A DNA stretch of 63,521 nucleotides, the filler included, from Hausera hauseri (taxonomy: Eukaryota), in the NCBI GenBank assembly GCA_046269625.1. It is 11 parts of 11 records of this genome, joined end to end, with 100 filler letters (N's around TTAATTAATTAA, not from the genome) between each part and the next. Parts side by side here need not be neighbours in the genome. Positions count along the whole stretch, not along the records: positions 1 to 6,195 come from JBJURY010127206.1; positions 6,296 to 11,628 come from JBJURY010276951.1; positions 11,729 to 16,946 come from JBJURY010304944.1; 8 more parts are not named here. One strand, written 5' to 3'. This document shows, one piece after another, positions 1 through 13,237 of this stretch. The translations under genes and the position numbers were made by a program. The notes beneath the pieces are model-generated. The model made no database searches, was not told where the DNA came from, and saw only the letters and a list, made by a program, of their open reading frames with translations. Numbering within the stretch: position 1 is the stretch's first letter; each line of letters opens with the position of its first letter.

Positions 1-3000
1 GATCGGATGTGATTGTCATGTTAAAAATCCATTGGTATTAAGAAAGCAAAAAAGAATATGCTTAATCACCGCTGCCTGGGGAAAAATTCTAGGAAAAGTT
101 TACTTAACCTAGAGGATCCTATTTGACTACACTAAAGTAAAACACAGATAATCACACACGGATAACTTATTCGGTTTGTCATTAAAACACTTTACCTTTA
201 GTACAATCATCTCCATAATAACCGGTCTTACAAGCCAAACACTTGCCAGATTCTTTATCACAGGTCTCATTCATACAGTTTGTTGAACACTCTAACTGAC
301 ATGTGGGGCCATAATAACGTGCGCTGCACTCTGGTCAAAACAGAAAACGTTTTGTCAGTATTAACACTATATCATAACAGTCATAGCTGTCACTGGATTA
401 TATATATACTAGTGATGTGCCATACAGACAAACGGCACTGACTACATAAGTCATTTCTCATTCATTTCCCATTTGTACAACCATAAAATGGTATTGACAC
501 CGCTGCAGCCTTAATCACCAGTGGCAGTATAGGTGGTTACCTATTCATATATTCAGTTGGCAGCGTTCATGCAGCCTGTTTCGCACATGTGCAGAAGATA
601 AAATGCTTTTTTTCACATCTGCTCAAATAGATGTAAGTAAGTCTTAGACATTTGCCTCATACTTTGGTTATCCATTTTATGTGTGCACTTGGTTGCAGGG
701 TGTGTCTCAGGAAGAAGCCAAACTGTATCCACCCACTCCCCCCACCGCACTGCTTTCTTCATTTTTCAGTCTGCGGCTAACTTCTTTAGGGGATATTGGA
801 GTCCCTTGCCATCAGGAAAGCACATTACTCCTCTGGTAGAGCGTTAGCCGCGGAGGTATAGCTTTACTTTTCCATTTTCTTTGTGAGTGTGTGTGAGCGA
901 GTCTATGATAATGTAATCAGAGGCTACAGTAGTGCACGGTAATGCCTGCAGCTGCATAATTTCTCATTTGGTGGACTCAGGAGCAAGAACCAGGACCGAG
1001 GCCCAGTTTCAGAAGTTCAGCTGCTCAAATTTATTCATTTTATTCACATATAACACCCCAAACATAGAAATCATTGATTATCTGAAGGCGTTCTGTCCGA
1101 TGGCGGTACGACTACCTAAGTAATCTGCGCCTTGATGCTACGGTTTTACTTATTTTATAAGGTATTCTTGATCCTTGTAGTAAACAACAATTGACACTAT
1201 CATTTCTATGTTCATAAAACTTTTGTCCTAATCGACAATAATACTACTCCTTCCGCAGTATACTATTTCCAATGGTAATTGATGTCAATATTCTCGATTT
1301 CATATCCTGTTATAGTCCATAAATTTCCGATAGTAATCATCAACTATATTGGTATATGGTCCTAAATATTATGGCTTGTAAGGTGCAACGTCATATGAAA
1401 CCCATTGATTGAGTCTTAGCTTGATTGCTCGATAGTAATCATCAACTGTATTGGTATATTTTTTTTCTTGAAATTGTGATTCTTTCGTCGTCTGTTTACA
1501 AGCACAGATATATAATCAAATAATATTTATTAATAAAAAGTAGGGTTATGAATATTTCTTCAATCATATATTTTTACCCCTCTTACGGTTATTATACTCA
1601 TGTTAATTGGTATCTGCATCAGATTATCAACATCATCTTCTTTGTCAAGGGACATCCTATTGTTATCATGTACGAACATCTTACCCTATAACGACTCTTT
1701 GTATTCATAACATATACACATTCACAACGACATCATAAGTGTACACTTGAGATTAGGCTACTTCTTCTTAAGTTAGTAACAAACATTTCATTATCAAGCA
1801 TTATAAAGCAAGTCACACGATCCCCTTAAATATCATTTATTCCAGTAAATATTCCGACTATTCGGCCGATCATACGGTACTGTCTCTCCAATTTCATATT
1901 GCATTATTAAACTACCACTAATTAGAGGTATACGTTCGGCAGTTGGAGGTAGGATCTTTTATTGATTGTAAAGACATTCCTTAATTTCTTCACCATACCC
2001 CCATTCTATTCTCGTCATCTTATCAGAGGATTTTGTCTCTTTGATTTTTTCACTTTATTCAACTCCATGTTTCTTACTCATGTACACAACATGTCTCCAA
2101 ACTTAAACCCATTGTCAAACTGCGAATACTAATTGTTTAAGTTTGAATTCCCATATACGCGAAAACTAATATCCAATTTACATAAATCACCATGGAATCG
2201 CAGGTCGTACTTAATAAGGGAACATCATCTTAATATTTCAGTGGTCATTCGATTTTAAACATTATAACGTCATAATAAATAGAACTATCATAATACTTCA
2301 ATGATTACTCATCATAATTATTATAAAGTCATAAATCATAAAAGGAACTATTACAATACTCTAATGATTATTCGATTTCATTGTACTGCAATCCGGACAA
2401 CCAACGGACACTCGACACAATATAATTACGGAGTTCCATCATTTCTTTTCAGATTGATGTAGACGAACCACAAAATTCTCCCTTTCAATTATCATCATCG
2501 AATTATCGAAGATCATATGTTACGAGAATGCCTCATCGACTTGTATACGATAACATAATGGCGGATTATTATCGTTTCGAATATTAAGCCATTACACCTT
2601 GCTATGGATCGATCGAATTTCTTCACACCTTGTCTATAAACGTTCTACCAACTATGTCTCCTCTCAATTTATGATTCAAAATATTTATTGGTTACAAAAT
2701 ATATACAAAGCAATACTCAAAATAAAGAAAATAAAAACACAACAAGATGCGGCTAACCATTTACCAATTTATAATAAAATTTGCCATTCTCTCTACCATC
2801 GGCATTAAAGAGGGAATCATTTTCAGTGGAAGTGTTCATCATGACTTGGTTTATATCGATTCGATATCTAAAAATCATTAACCTTGATCCAATGTCTATG
2901 AAACCTACTAGGTACTTTCACAAGTAGGTTCAAATGCCTGAGAAATCTTCACGAAAAGAAATTTTTTAAGTGTCTGTTTTTAATGTTCTCTGAGTGTATT

Positions 3001-3679
3001 TTATGTTAATGTTAGTTAGTTTATATACCCAGAGTGTTTCACTAATGGATTTTTTAAAATCAATAATCAATTTTGCTAATGGATTTTCGCTTCTAGAATC
3101 GACCATGTGTTTCACTACTGGGTTTTTAAAATCAATTTTGCTAATGGATCGAGGCCTAATTGTCGAAATTTACTAACATACTGTAAACAAGGTCTATTTA
3201 CAGGTTTTGTGTACAAATTGACAATTGTGTACAAATTGACAATTAGAGTATTAATGGTTTTAACGATTTCTATAATCTGTTCCTTCCAGAAGTTTAAGTA
3301 AAATTAACTATTGCAATGAATATTCTGTTCCTTCTAGAATGTTAATTTTATAATTTGATGAATCTGTAGTTTAAGTAAAATTAACTATTACCGCAAATCA
3401 ACTTGGTTAACAATGTATATACACAAACCAGTTATAAAAAAGATGACCATCAAGGGTCTCACAATTACCAAGACAGTGAACAAAGTCTAATTAGAGGTTT
3501 TATATACAAATTAACAAATAGAATTTTTTGCATTAATATTGTTTTTCAACAAAAGAAAAATCAAATCAAAATATCAATGTCAAAGTTCAAAAGGTTTGAA
3601 TCAAAGTTGCATGAGTTCAAAAAGTTCGAAATGTCAAAGTTGCATGGACAAAGTTAACGAATCCATGGGACAAAGTTAA

Positions 3680-4996
3680 CAAATCCTAACAAATCGCAGT
3701 TGGACCACACTCCTTCCGTGCGTTCTGCTTGGCTGGAGAAACACACCATCAACTTCTACAGGCTGTTCACCTGCAGAAGCATTGTTTGGAACTTCTATTA
3801 GATCATTATTCGAACTAACTGAACTGAACAATACTCCTACAGACGAAACCATACAAGCGGCACAGAGACACTTTGTTGAGATCAGCAAAGACTCATTTTG
3901 CAGATTGTTACACGCAAACAAACCTTACATACCCAACGATTTATATACTGCAAAATTTGTATGGCTAAAGAATCAGACGCCGTGTGGCTTTCAACCTCAG
4001 TATGTCGGCCCTTGCAAAGTAATTCGCTTGCACTCCCACAACATCATCATTCTCAAAGACGACAAAGAAGTAACCGTTCGCATCAATAATGCTAAACCGG
4101 CCTTCTTCATTGACGACACGTCTCCCATCGAAACCACTTCTCCACCAACATCTTTACACGACGCACAGCAATCTAACAATCCACCTTCCATCTCTGCTCA
4201 ATTTCTTAATCCACTTTTGCCTACGTTTTCCCGTAAAACTTCCACATCAATTTTTTCTCACACTTCACCCTCTTTCTCCCCATCCGATTTTGCACCTTCA
4301 AGCATTCCACCACCTCCTTCATCTCCTCACAACAACCTACTTTCTCCCTTGATAACACTTCCTCCATCAAACACCATTTCGACTTCACCAATATATCCAT
4401 CTACACCTTTCATCATTCCACCCTTTTGCACACGACCCTTCAACTACTCGCCCTTGCCTCCTCCATTTTCTCGCTCTCCTTCGCTTTGTATCTCTTCGCC
4501 ATTTTCTCTTTCTCTCTCTCCTTCTACTTCCACACCCTCCTTATCGTCGGCGATTTCTTCCTCCCTTTCTCCTTACACATCAACTGTTACTCTTTTTATT
4601 TCCGCTTCACAACTTTCTCCTCTCTTTACCTCTTTCCCTATCCCTTTCCCGCTCTCTACTACAACTTCTGTTTCACTTTCCACTTCCACTCTCTCACATA
4701 ATTCAATCCCAACTTATACTCCAACTCCTCTCCGTTCCCCTTTATCCGCCACTACACCTTTAATCACTCCTCCGTCTTCAACAATCTCGCCTTCTCCTTC
4801 ACTTTCTCCTCTTTATTCTGACTCATCTTTGCACGACACAACATTAACAACAAAATCCGACAATTTTTCCCCCAACTTCAATCTCTGCAAACAAACACAG
4901 CATACAAATAAAACACGTAGAATCACATTCAGCAAGTATAGCAGGGAAACATCATTAAAAGGCACCCAACGTCTTGTCCACACTAAGACCGACTAA
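3680..4996 (+). pseudogene. Gypsy/Ty3 pol 3' fragment: integrase C-terminus (GPY/F region) plus long Ser/Pro/Thr-rich tail
   Basis: In frame upstream of ORF 3782: NRSWTTLLPCVLLGWRNTPSTSTGCSPAEALFG (end of integrase core), then FQPQYVGPCKV (GPY/F-like). 5'-truncated; ends QRLVHTKTD* like the pol copy at 20060-20089. Confidence 0.85.
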
Positions 4997-5090
4997 CATA
5001 GACACTTTTGCGTTTTGCGTTTTTCTTTTTTTTCCTTTCTCTTTCGTCTTTACCCTTTATAGTTTTCAATTTGCCACGGGGGAGGGGTGA

Positions 5091-5931
5091 TGTGGTGCCC
5101 ATAGCGGCCGGTGCCCTCTGGCCCATTTGGTTGGACACGGACGGGCGTCCGTTGCCGCCGCGTCAGGCCAATAGTTGGGCCCGATCTTCCGCCTCGAAAT
5201 TACCACGAGATAGCTGTGTTAGTTCTCACTCGTTCATTCAAAATTCATCTGCTCCTGTATTTTTGGACAGTAAAAAATCTTATTCAAAGTACAAAAGAGC
5301 TCAGTCGATAACAAAAAAGCCAGTATATTCCGTTAATACAATTATTGAAGAGACAAATGGAAACGCCTTGATATCTGCTTGATTACCTTTCGGTTCCTCT
5401 AATCTGTATGTAAACAAATGTCTACTGACGAAGGTTAACAACAAATGTTTCATTCTTCACAAGTTCCCAAAAATCTTTTCTCTGATCGAATCAAAGGCGA
5501 CACCGACTTCGACATAAACGTGTCGTACGACTAAGGCATGGAATCGCATCCGAACCACTTCATGGACCAAGGGAACATCTTTTTACTGAAAGAAACCAAA
5601 GCCACATAAAAAAATCATGACGAAACTCAGCTCATTGAAGGAATGTTCAATGATGAATTCCGATTTGGAAAATTTTACCATCTTACAGACAGTTTCCGAA
5701 GCATCATAGAAAAATCAGTTTTTTAGACACGCCTGCAAATCAAGTTTGATCGTCAGGCTCATCGTACTCATTTTGCCGGTAACGTTGTTTCAAGCTCAAT
5801 CCAGAAATCACTGTTGCAATTTATAGTTGTCTTGAGAACGTTTCGTAGATCAGATCATTGTCAATCAAAGACTACATATTCTAACATTCTGAAGATTCCC
5901 AGGTCAGCAAGCGTAATCAGAAACTTTTACA
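5091..5931 (+). repeat. 3' LTR of Gypsy element (TG...CA), preceded by polypurine tract
   Basis: PPT GGGGGAGGGG at 5078-5087, LTR start TGTGGTGCCC at 5091. The 3' end (CAGAAACTTTTACA, 5931) is inferred from similarity to the end of the LTR at 20161-20857. Its first ~60 bp recur at 29096. Confidence 0.7.
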
Positions 5932-6195
5932 TTATAATCGCTTGATATATATTTTGTGTCGGTTGACAGATCTATTTTTCTTATTGGAAACATTTCTTAC
6001 TTTGTATAATATTGGTCGATGTTCATTGGCAGTAATTTCATAATACAATTTGGTGCATGTATTTAAACAGACTTTATCAAACATTGAAATTCTTTGCAAC
6101 TTTTCACTTGTTGTTTTATGCGTCAGTTTAATTTCCAAATTTTTATGTACACTTTTTTATCGAGTATTGTCAAATTTTATAATGGCCTTTCATGA

Positions 6196-6295
6196 NNNNN
6201 NNNNNNNNNNNNNNNNNNNNNNNNNNNNNNNNNNNNNNNTTAATTAATTAANNNNNNNNNNNNNNNNNNNNNNNNNNNNNNNNNNNNNNNNNNNN
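6196..6295. other. Artificial contig-joining spacer (44N-TTAATTAATTAA-44N, stops in all six frames); also at 11629-11728, 16947-17046, 23556-23655, 31331-31430, 37591-37690, 43443-43542, 48624-48723, 53746-53845, 58744-58843
   Basis: Identical 100-bp structure occurs 10 times; sequence on either side is unrelated. Confidence 0.98.
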
Positions 6296-6519
6296 AAAAG
6301 AGTTGCTGTATCTGGCCATCAAAACTAATCCAAACCGAGAAAATGAATTCAATAGGGCTACTAGCTCGGCAAGGGGGGCTGCCAGGAAACGACCTCGGGA
6401 AGTGAACTGGTCAAAGTTATTCGAGAAAAAAGAACATCAAAATAGATTCTTCTTAGGCAACAATAGGTTCGAAGATCTGCTATGAAACGTAAACGGAAAT
6501 CACAGAGGAAATGAGTCAA

Positions 6520-8338
6520 ACTGGCTAATCAACTTTTTGACCGCGATGATGCTAATCAGGAAAAATGGGTGCAGTCATAGTATATGATTGTGACAAATTT
6601 AGACTTGGCAAAAAATATTCATTAATGGACTTAGAAATGTGCGAATACACGAGACCTAACAAATTAGAAACAAAAGAGAAAAGTTACGTACTATATCAAC
6701 AACGCAAACTAGTTACATTTCATGGGGTAGAATGTATGTTGCGACGATCTCGCAACATCTTCCATTGTGGACTGGTATATGGATACTAGTCAATAATCAA
6801 GCCAACGACCCCATCAATTCCGATGAATTTAGAACGTCAGCATTTAAGCAAGCTAGAGAGACAGGGAGAATAAAATGGGATGGCATGGAATTGGAAATGC
6901 AGCAAGGGAAAATAATCAGAGTGTATCAAGTGGCAGCAGAAAGATTAGACATGCACACCGGGCATTGTCATGGCGCAGAATACGATATCGGAAAAGGATT
7001 AGAGTCGAACATCGTAGTAGTAGACTTTTATGAAACCGAAATGCGCATACAGAAGATGATATTCCATAGAGTTACTAAACTACACAGACAACCATAAGTG
7101 CCACATTCAGGATGGCACATGCCCAATCCGAGGTTCCGTAGTAATTTGGGAACCTGCGACTAAGGCCGATTGCAACTTTAGAATTAAGGAGCTTAAATTT
7201 AATGAGACGACGGGGAAACGGTACATAAGTAGCACAGAATCTAACTCTAAAACACGAGAAGATGTAGCTGAACAGTCCACACCTACGATACTGATCTCTA
7301 ATACCCACGGACTAAAGTTTGTGAAGAAAGATGTACTCACAAGTTGTGACGTTATAATGTACGCCACCAACTATGAAGCATTTCTCGTAGCTGAGACGGA
7401 AATAAACGCCAGAACGTTCAAGCTCGAAACTCAGGACATCCGGATTGAATATTACCTGAAAAACAGACAACTATTTCTACTATAAGGGACAAGCAGGAAT
7501 AGCCGAGCTATACCACAAAATGATAACAAACGACTGCAAGATGGATTTGGAAATAATGAAAACTAAGCTGGCCCTAATATATGCCAATCCCGAGTTAGCA
7601 TCACCAATAATTGGATTGAAGGAAGGTGTTTTTGGACGATTAACCGGAGAGGTCTTACTTACATGTCAGAAGAAAGACGTACCTATTAATGTGGAGAAGT
7701 GTATACAAGAGCTTCCCGTGATATACCAGGACGTACCGAGATTAGTAACGCCGATTACCAGAGTATTGTTGGCAAATTCTACCCAACCAACAATCTTGAG
7801 AGATTGCAAGACCAGCCTGGGCGAACCGATGTTTAGACGTAGCGAAACTGACTGGGTAAGTTTGCCAAACGGTGGTATAATCGCGCCACCTACCAAATTG
7901 ACAGGGACAAACTTAATAAAAGGAATAACCGATGATAAATTTCAAGATACGGCCGCGAAGGGTATTTACCGACCAAAAGAAGTAGAGGCGTTCAGTCAAT
8001 ATCTCGCCTTCCCTTGTCAACGTACGCACGAACTAAATCGAGCAATGCATACAATATTAGAGGATTCGCGCTACTAAGCGAAATGGGAGTCATTACTCGG
8101 TGTTGGCTATTATAAAAAAGTAACTACGGAAATATTATATAAAATCTGAGGAAGATTCCTGATATTCGGACAAGCCGCGTCAAAATTTCTAGCAATATAC
8201 TTCTTAATTCAACTGGTAAAAGCTATAGTTCAAGCAATCATAAATGGATGCGAGATATTCACCTTGACCGAATTCTCGTGCAAAATTTTGACGTCTATTA
8301 TCACGCGTTTCGGCAAATTCTTAAAAACTTACAAATAA
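6520..8338 (+). pseudogene. env: Envelope glycoprotein, chuvirus-G / class III (herpes gB-like) fusion protein type; frameshifted
   Basis: Internal signal-like WLINFLTAMMLIRKMGA followed by VIVYDC...KYSLMDLEMC...LYQQ...EC..RRSRNIFHCG; then KCHIQDGTC...VIWEP...DC, SCDVIMYATN, GVFGRLTGEVLLTC...C.QELPV...VTPITRVL; C-terminal hydrophobic FLIFGQAASKFLAIYFLIQLVKAIVQAIING. Cys spacing matches chuvirus-type glycoproteins found in retroelements. Confidence 0.8.
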
Positions 8339-8559
8339 AGTAGACGGAAAACTGAAGTAGAACGGCACGTAGGCTATCAAAATCGAAATCGTAAAAGAAC
8401 GTACCTATTCAAGCGAAATTTTATAAATACTAAGATACAAAGAAATAACTCAAACGATGACGAGCCTAAGGGAGGAGACTATATACCTAAGTCGAAGGGA
8501 CAGAAATTATTCTATTGTGAAGTTACCATTACCAATACTGCCGCTGACGGCACCGGTAT

Positions 8560-11500
8560 ATGAGGATTGTGAAAAGCAACCTGAGTTCGTACCAGACAGA
8601 AATTTATCGGAAGCCGTTCAGTCTAGAGGATCCTTACGAAGGAACGAAGCACTATGGAGTGTTGCGTAAGGTAGGAAAACCGTCTATCCCACGTCGTCGC
8701 TCAGCGGTCGACGAACACAGTATAATCTATTCACCTAGAGTACTTAGACCAAACGAAACGCAGTCAATATTTGCCAGAAGCCGTGCGGCACGCAATCTTC
8801 GAAGCCAAGATGATCAGCCTCCAGTTAGAAACCAAGGAATAGAAAACACGAATGGTGCGAATAATGAATTGTACCCAATGGAAGAACTGAGACAGTTAAT
8901 CGACCAGCCCGTTGGAACTATGGAGGTTACCATTAACGGTTACAAAGTGTCCGCGATCCGACACCCTCGGGTAGCACCAAATTATTACGGCACGATAATC
9001 GAAGGAAGGCCATTTCCAAAAATTCAATTGGAAGACTGGGAAGTATATGCGCTAATGGACACAGGATTTGAAATATCACTAATAAAATATGATTCAATAC
9101 CACAAATCCTACGAAAACAATTGTATCCGCCTCCCACAACGGATCCAGGAAGAGTCGGAACCTTCGGACAATCATCGAAAAGTAAATTCCGTTGGAAACC
9201 GGAAATTCATATAATGGGACAATCTTTCCATCATGAATTCTCAGTAGTGGAGCAATTAACGGATGATGTAGTATTAGGATGTGACTTGTTGAGACAACTA
9301 CCCAATATAGCAATCGATATCAATGCAGGCAAGTTAATAGAACTTGGCCCAATAAAAAAGGTTTAAACCACCAAAGATAAAAAGTTCGAAAAAGTGTGGA
9401 TTCCAGTAGATGAAAACATACCACCCAGAACTGAAGTACTCATATATGCCCAAATACGTCAAGATGACGACCAGCCAGTATATTTCTAACCAAAGGAATC
9501 TCTTAATCCAAACGTTGTACTCAGCAATGTTTTGACAAGAGTATCAACAGGCCGCATACCAATCAGAGTGGCAAATAATGCGCCCACTTCAACCAAACTG
9601 TAAGCCAATACCACTTTGGGACACGTATAGAGTATCATCAATTACTATAGAAGAGAAACCGCATAAGGGTGCCGAATTTCCGCCCCACGTCGAGACTAAA
9701 TTTTCACCGGAATCATATTTTCGATTCTACGAATTACTTTGTCGCTATAACTCGATTATCGCGAAAGATGAAGAGGATATTGGCCAAGCCAGAACTTTAA
9801 GACTCACGATTCCACTTAAGAAGCCTGGTTCCAACGACGAAATAGATTTGGAAGATCAAAAGATGCCCAAATGGTACCCTCCACCACACTCGTTAAGGAC
9901 AAAAATAACTAAGGAAATTGAACGAATGTTAAAGGCCGACATAATAAAACCAAGCTATAGATCTTGGTATTCGCCTATACCTATGGTTAAAAAAGGTACC
10001 GATAAGCACCGATTTTGTATCGACTACCGAGCGTTAAACACACTTATGATGAAAGACTTCTTCCCATTACCATCGGTAAAGGAAGCTTTGGATAGACTTT
10101 AGGGAGCTAAATAGTTCACCACGCTCGATTTGCAATCCGGATATTGGCAGGTAGAGATAGACGAGGAAGATCGTTATAAAACGGCATTTAAGACTCATGA
10201 CGGTATATACGAATTTAATGTTATGCCATTTGGGATAACTACTGAACCGGCCATTTTTTCTCGCATGATGAACAAGATGCTAATGAGACTGGAACACGCA
10301 TTCGCCTACTTGGATGACGTTATGATTGCGTCGAAAACGGAAGAGGATCATTTGAAGGACATTGAGGGTACACTGATGAGATTGGAGCAGGCTGGATTGA
10401 AACTAAATCCCAAGAAGTGCAAATGGGCTCAGAATACTGTGTCGTACCTTGGACATATAGTTGGAGAAGGAGGGTCGAAATCGGATAAATCATTATTAAG
10501 TAAGATATAGGACTGCATGGAACCTCAGAATCAAAAGGAATTAAGGCACTGGTTAGGGTTATGCGGGTATTATGCTACCTATGTACCAGACAATGCGAAG
10601 ATAAACGCACCCTTGTATCGTTTATTGAAGAAGGGGATCAAATGGAAATGGACCGATGTCAAACAAAAGGCTTTTAATGAAATGAAGAAAATTCTAACTA
10701 GTGAACCTGTATTAAGATATCCTGACTTCAACCTACCGTTCATAATTAAAACAGACGCCAGTAAGGAATACATCATATATGAATTAGCTCAGAAACGAGA
10801 GGACGAGTCGCTAGAATACCCGATCGCATATGGAGGGCGTTTTCTAAAGAAAGCTGAGAAAAATTATTCTGTAACGGAGTTGGAAACGTTAGTGGTGAAG
10901 GAAGCCCTGCGACGTTTTAACGTGTACGCCTATGGACAGAGAATCGTAATCGTTACTGACCACAAAGCAGTCACGACCTTAAAGGGTAGAGCAAATAATC
11001 TAACCTGTAGACTTAACAAATGGATGGAGAAGATCTCACGTTATAATATTTAATTCTAATACAAGCCCGGAAATAAACATGTTGATGCCGATGCATTATC
11101 GATACTTAAAACTAAAACAAGCGCAGTTACGGTCATAAAGAAAGCCCACCTCGAAGACTCAGTAGAAAGACAACGGACCCTTACACTGGATAAGGCATTG
11201 AAGATTGCTGTAGAGCAAAGACAAGGTTATGCAACAAATTATCGAGTTCGTTGATACCAACAAAACACCAAAAGGTCATCAGTTACGAAAACACCTACGA
11301 CGACATGGTCACAAATAATACGTCACAGGAGATTCAAACCACGAAAATGTGTTGAATTACGAACGAAAAAGACGAAAATTAGTCGTCATACCAAAAGGAT
11401 TACGTGCAGAAGTGCTAATAGCTGAACACGACTCATACTTAGCCGGACATATGTCGCGAAAAAAGACATTGGAAAGGATATTAAATAAATACTATTGGCC

Positions 11501-11628
11501 AAGCATTTACATCGACGTAAAGAATTGGGTAGGTGCTTGCGAAGTTTTCGCGACAAGGCAAAGGAAAACGAAAGGTTACTTAGCAGAATTGAAGCCCATA
11601 AACGTACCAAATAGGCCCATGGAAGCTA
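8560..11628 (+). pseudogene. pol: Gypsy pol (aspartic protease, RT, RNase H, integrase N-terminus) with stops and frameshifts
   Basis: ALMDTG (~9049-9066), RFCIDYRALN, LDLQSGYWQV, YLDD (10307-10318), IKTDAS, YSVTELE, VTDHK, HDSYLAGH...C zinc finger; PR-RT-RH-INT order. Confidence 0.95.
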
Positions 11629-11728
11629 NNNNNNNNNNNNNNNNNNNNNNNNNNNNNNNNNNNNNNNNNNNNTTAATTAATTAANNNNNNNNNNNNNNNN
11701 NNNNNNNNNNNNNNNNNNNNNNNNNNNN

Positions 11729-11947
11729 TAATACTCTGACGATGGTCTGATCTACATACACAGTAATCCCATGTTCGCCCGGTAATTACGACATTTATGT
11801 ATTGGCAATAAAACCACCACCACCAGTTTGCCGTAAGTCACGCGGCACACAGTCCAATGGAAACATACCACGACATTTTGCACCCATGAGCAGTTTTTTG
11901 CAGTGATTAAGCTCAGTGGAGCTAAACGTAAACCGTGATTTATGCAT
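11729..11947 (-). pseudogene. Adenain-like (adenovirus-type) cysteine protease, N-terminal part, truncated by contig end
   Basis: Not in the ORF track. Minus frame reads MHKSRFTFSSTEL...CRGMFPLDCVP...FIANT*MS*LPGEHGITVYVD, matching the Polinton protease pattern G.FP.D.LP...IANT...PGEHW (catalytic His). Confidence 0.8.
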
Positions 11948-11965
11948 AACAACAATAATAATAAA

Positions 11966-13234
11966 TTACTTCATGGTACTAAGAGAAAGAGAGATATCGG
12001 ATGTTATATATATAATGACGGTTTCATTTTTCGTTATTTCCACCTCGGCATCAAACACGCCGTAAATGTACATCACAGTAGACTCTTCCAGTGCTTTGAA
12101 AAAGTGAACTTCTAGTCTTAGGTTTCCCTGCTGAAGTAGTTGTGACTGCGCAACATCATAATCATGAGCCAGAGCAAATGTAAAGAACGGATAGGTGCAC
12201 TGGAACAAATCCATCGATATGCCATTGTTAATGTTTTTGTTTAGCAAATCCATGTTGCGTACGATAGATTGCATATATGTGTATACATAATCACCAGTCT
12301 CAAAATATTGCTTATACATCTCAAGGAAATCTACATTATTGCCCAAACTGATGTAATTCACATTGCTATGGTTAAACGTTTCTGACTCAGTGGTATAACT
12401 GCCGGTTTGTTGAGTAGTTGTTTGAAATGCAACAAGCACAAATTTTAGCAGTCGCATATCGCGAAATAGCGCGTCCTTATAAAACGATGTCGAACTTTTG
12501 GGTATGATGTAAAACACGAGTTCGGTGCGTTGAAATTGATAACAGGCATTCTGTGTTTCCAAACCCATCGATGGCCTATGAGCACACATGGTTCTACATT
12601 TACACTACGAAAGTATAATTGTGCCTCGGTAATTTTCAGTATGGGTTTAATATTTGCAACGGTGGTTTTCAAACAAAAGACATTGTTGCTGCGTTTGTGC
12701 CGAATCATGGCTTTAACACCGGGCGGTAGGTATTTTGGCTGATCAAAAAAGTCAAAGTACAGCGGCCGACACATTGTAAGCGTTTTTGATTCTGCTACCC
12801 ATGCCTGACGGTTTGCTGCTGTGGCATCGTATCCGATGGTTTTCGTCAAATGAGTCGTTTTCGTGTCTGTGCTGTAATTCAGAGCCGTTTCAGTCAGTGT
12901 TTTGATACTGTATAGACTGGTGTTGCCTTAGATTTTGACGCTGTTCAGAGTCAGTGAAGCCCCCTGGAACAGTGTGAAGAAAAAGTAATTGGCCGGTGTG
13001 ACTGTCTGTTGCAGCGAGATCCGTTGACGAATCCTTTTTAACAATGACTTTTACATAGAGTAGAGTATCGTTCAAATCCAAGTATTCATTGTCCCATGCC
13101 ATGAATTTAATGCCAATGTTATCGTCCGTTGAAACCGAATCAACGGGGTAGATTTCTTCAAATGCCGCATTGTCAATAACAACATGTGGCGTCACTTTGT
13201 CAAATATACACAATTTAGATTTTGCAGATGCCAT
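11966..13234 (-). pseudogene. Maverick/Polinton major capsid protein (double jelly-roll, hexon-like), frameshifted
   Basis: AKSKLCIFD...EEIYP...EYLDLNDTLLYVK; PLYFDFFDQPKYLPPGV; LKITEAQLYFRSV; YPFFTFAL...GNLRLEVHF..AL...MYIYGVFDAEVEI; spread over ORFs 12890-13234, 12445-12849 and 11966-12589. Confidence 0.9.
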
Positions 13235-13237
13235 GAG

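Larger units (their letters stand above)
6296..11628 (+). mobile_element. Gypsy/Ty3 retroelement with env-like gene located upstream of pol (fills the contig; degenerate)
   Basis: Same-strand order: upstream polyprotein tail - glycoprotein - PR - RT - RNase H - INT zinc finger, with no LTR or PPT seen between glycoprotein and PR. Confidence 0.85.

Noticed and set aside
1050-2800. Possible minus-strand gag remnant with short direct repeats (about 1328-1357 and 1430-1459)
   Set aside because: Too eroded to support a call.
3209-3680. Short tandem duplications (18-bp TGTGTACAAATTGACAAT; AAAGTT-type units)
   Set aside because: Low-complexity local duplications with no evident organisation.
4089-4701. 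Alternate-frame ORFs in the pyrimidine-rich tract, and antisense ORFs over real genes elsewhere
   Set aside because: Shadow ORFs caused by stop-poor composition.
6196-6295. TTAATTAATTAA palindrome repeated ten times, and ORFs running into N blocks
   Set aside because: Artificial contig linker; adjacency across linkers has no biological meaning.
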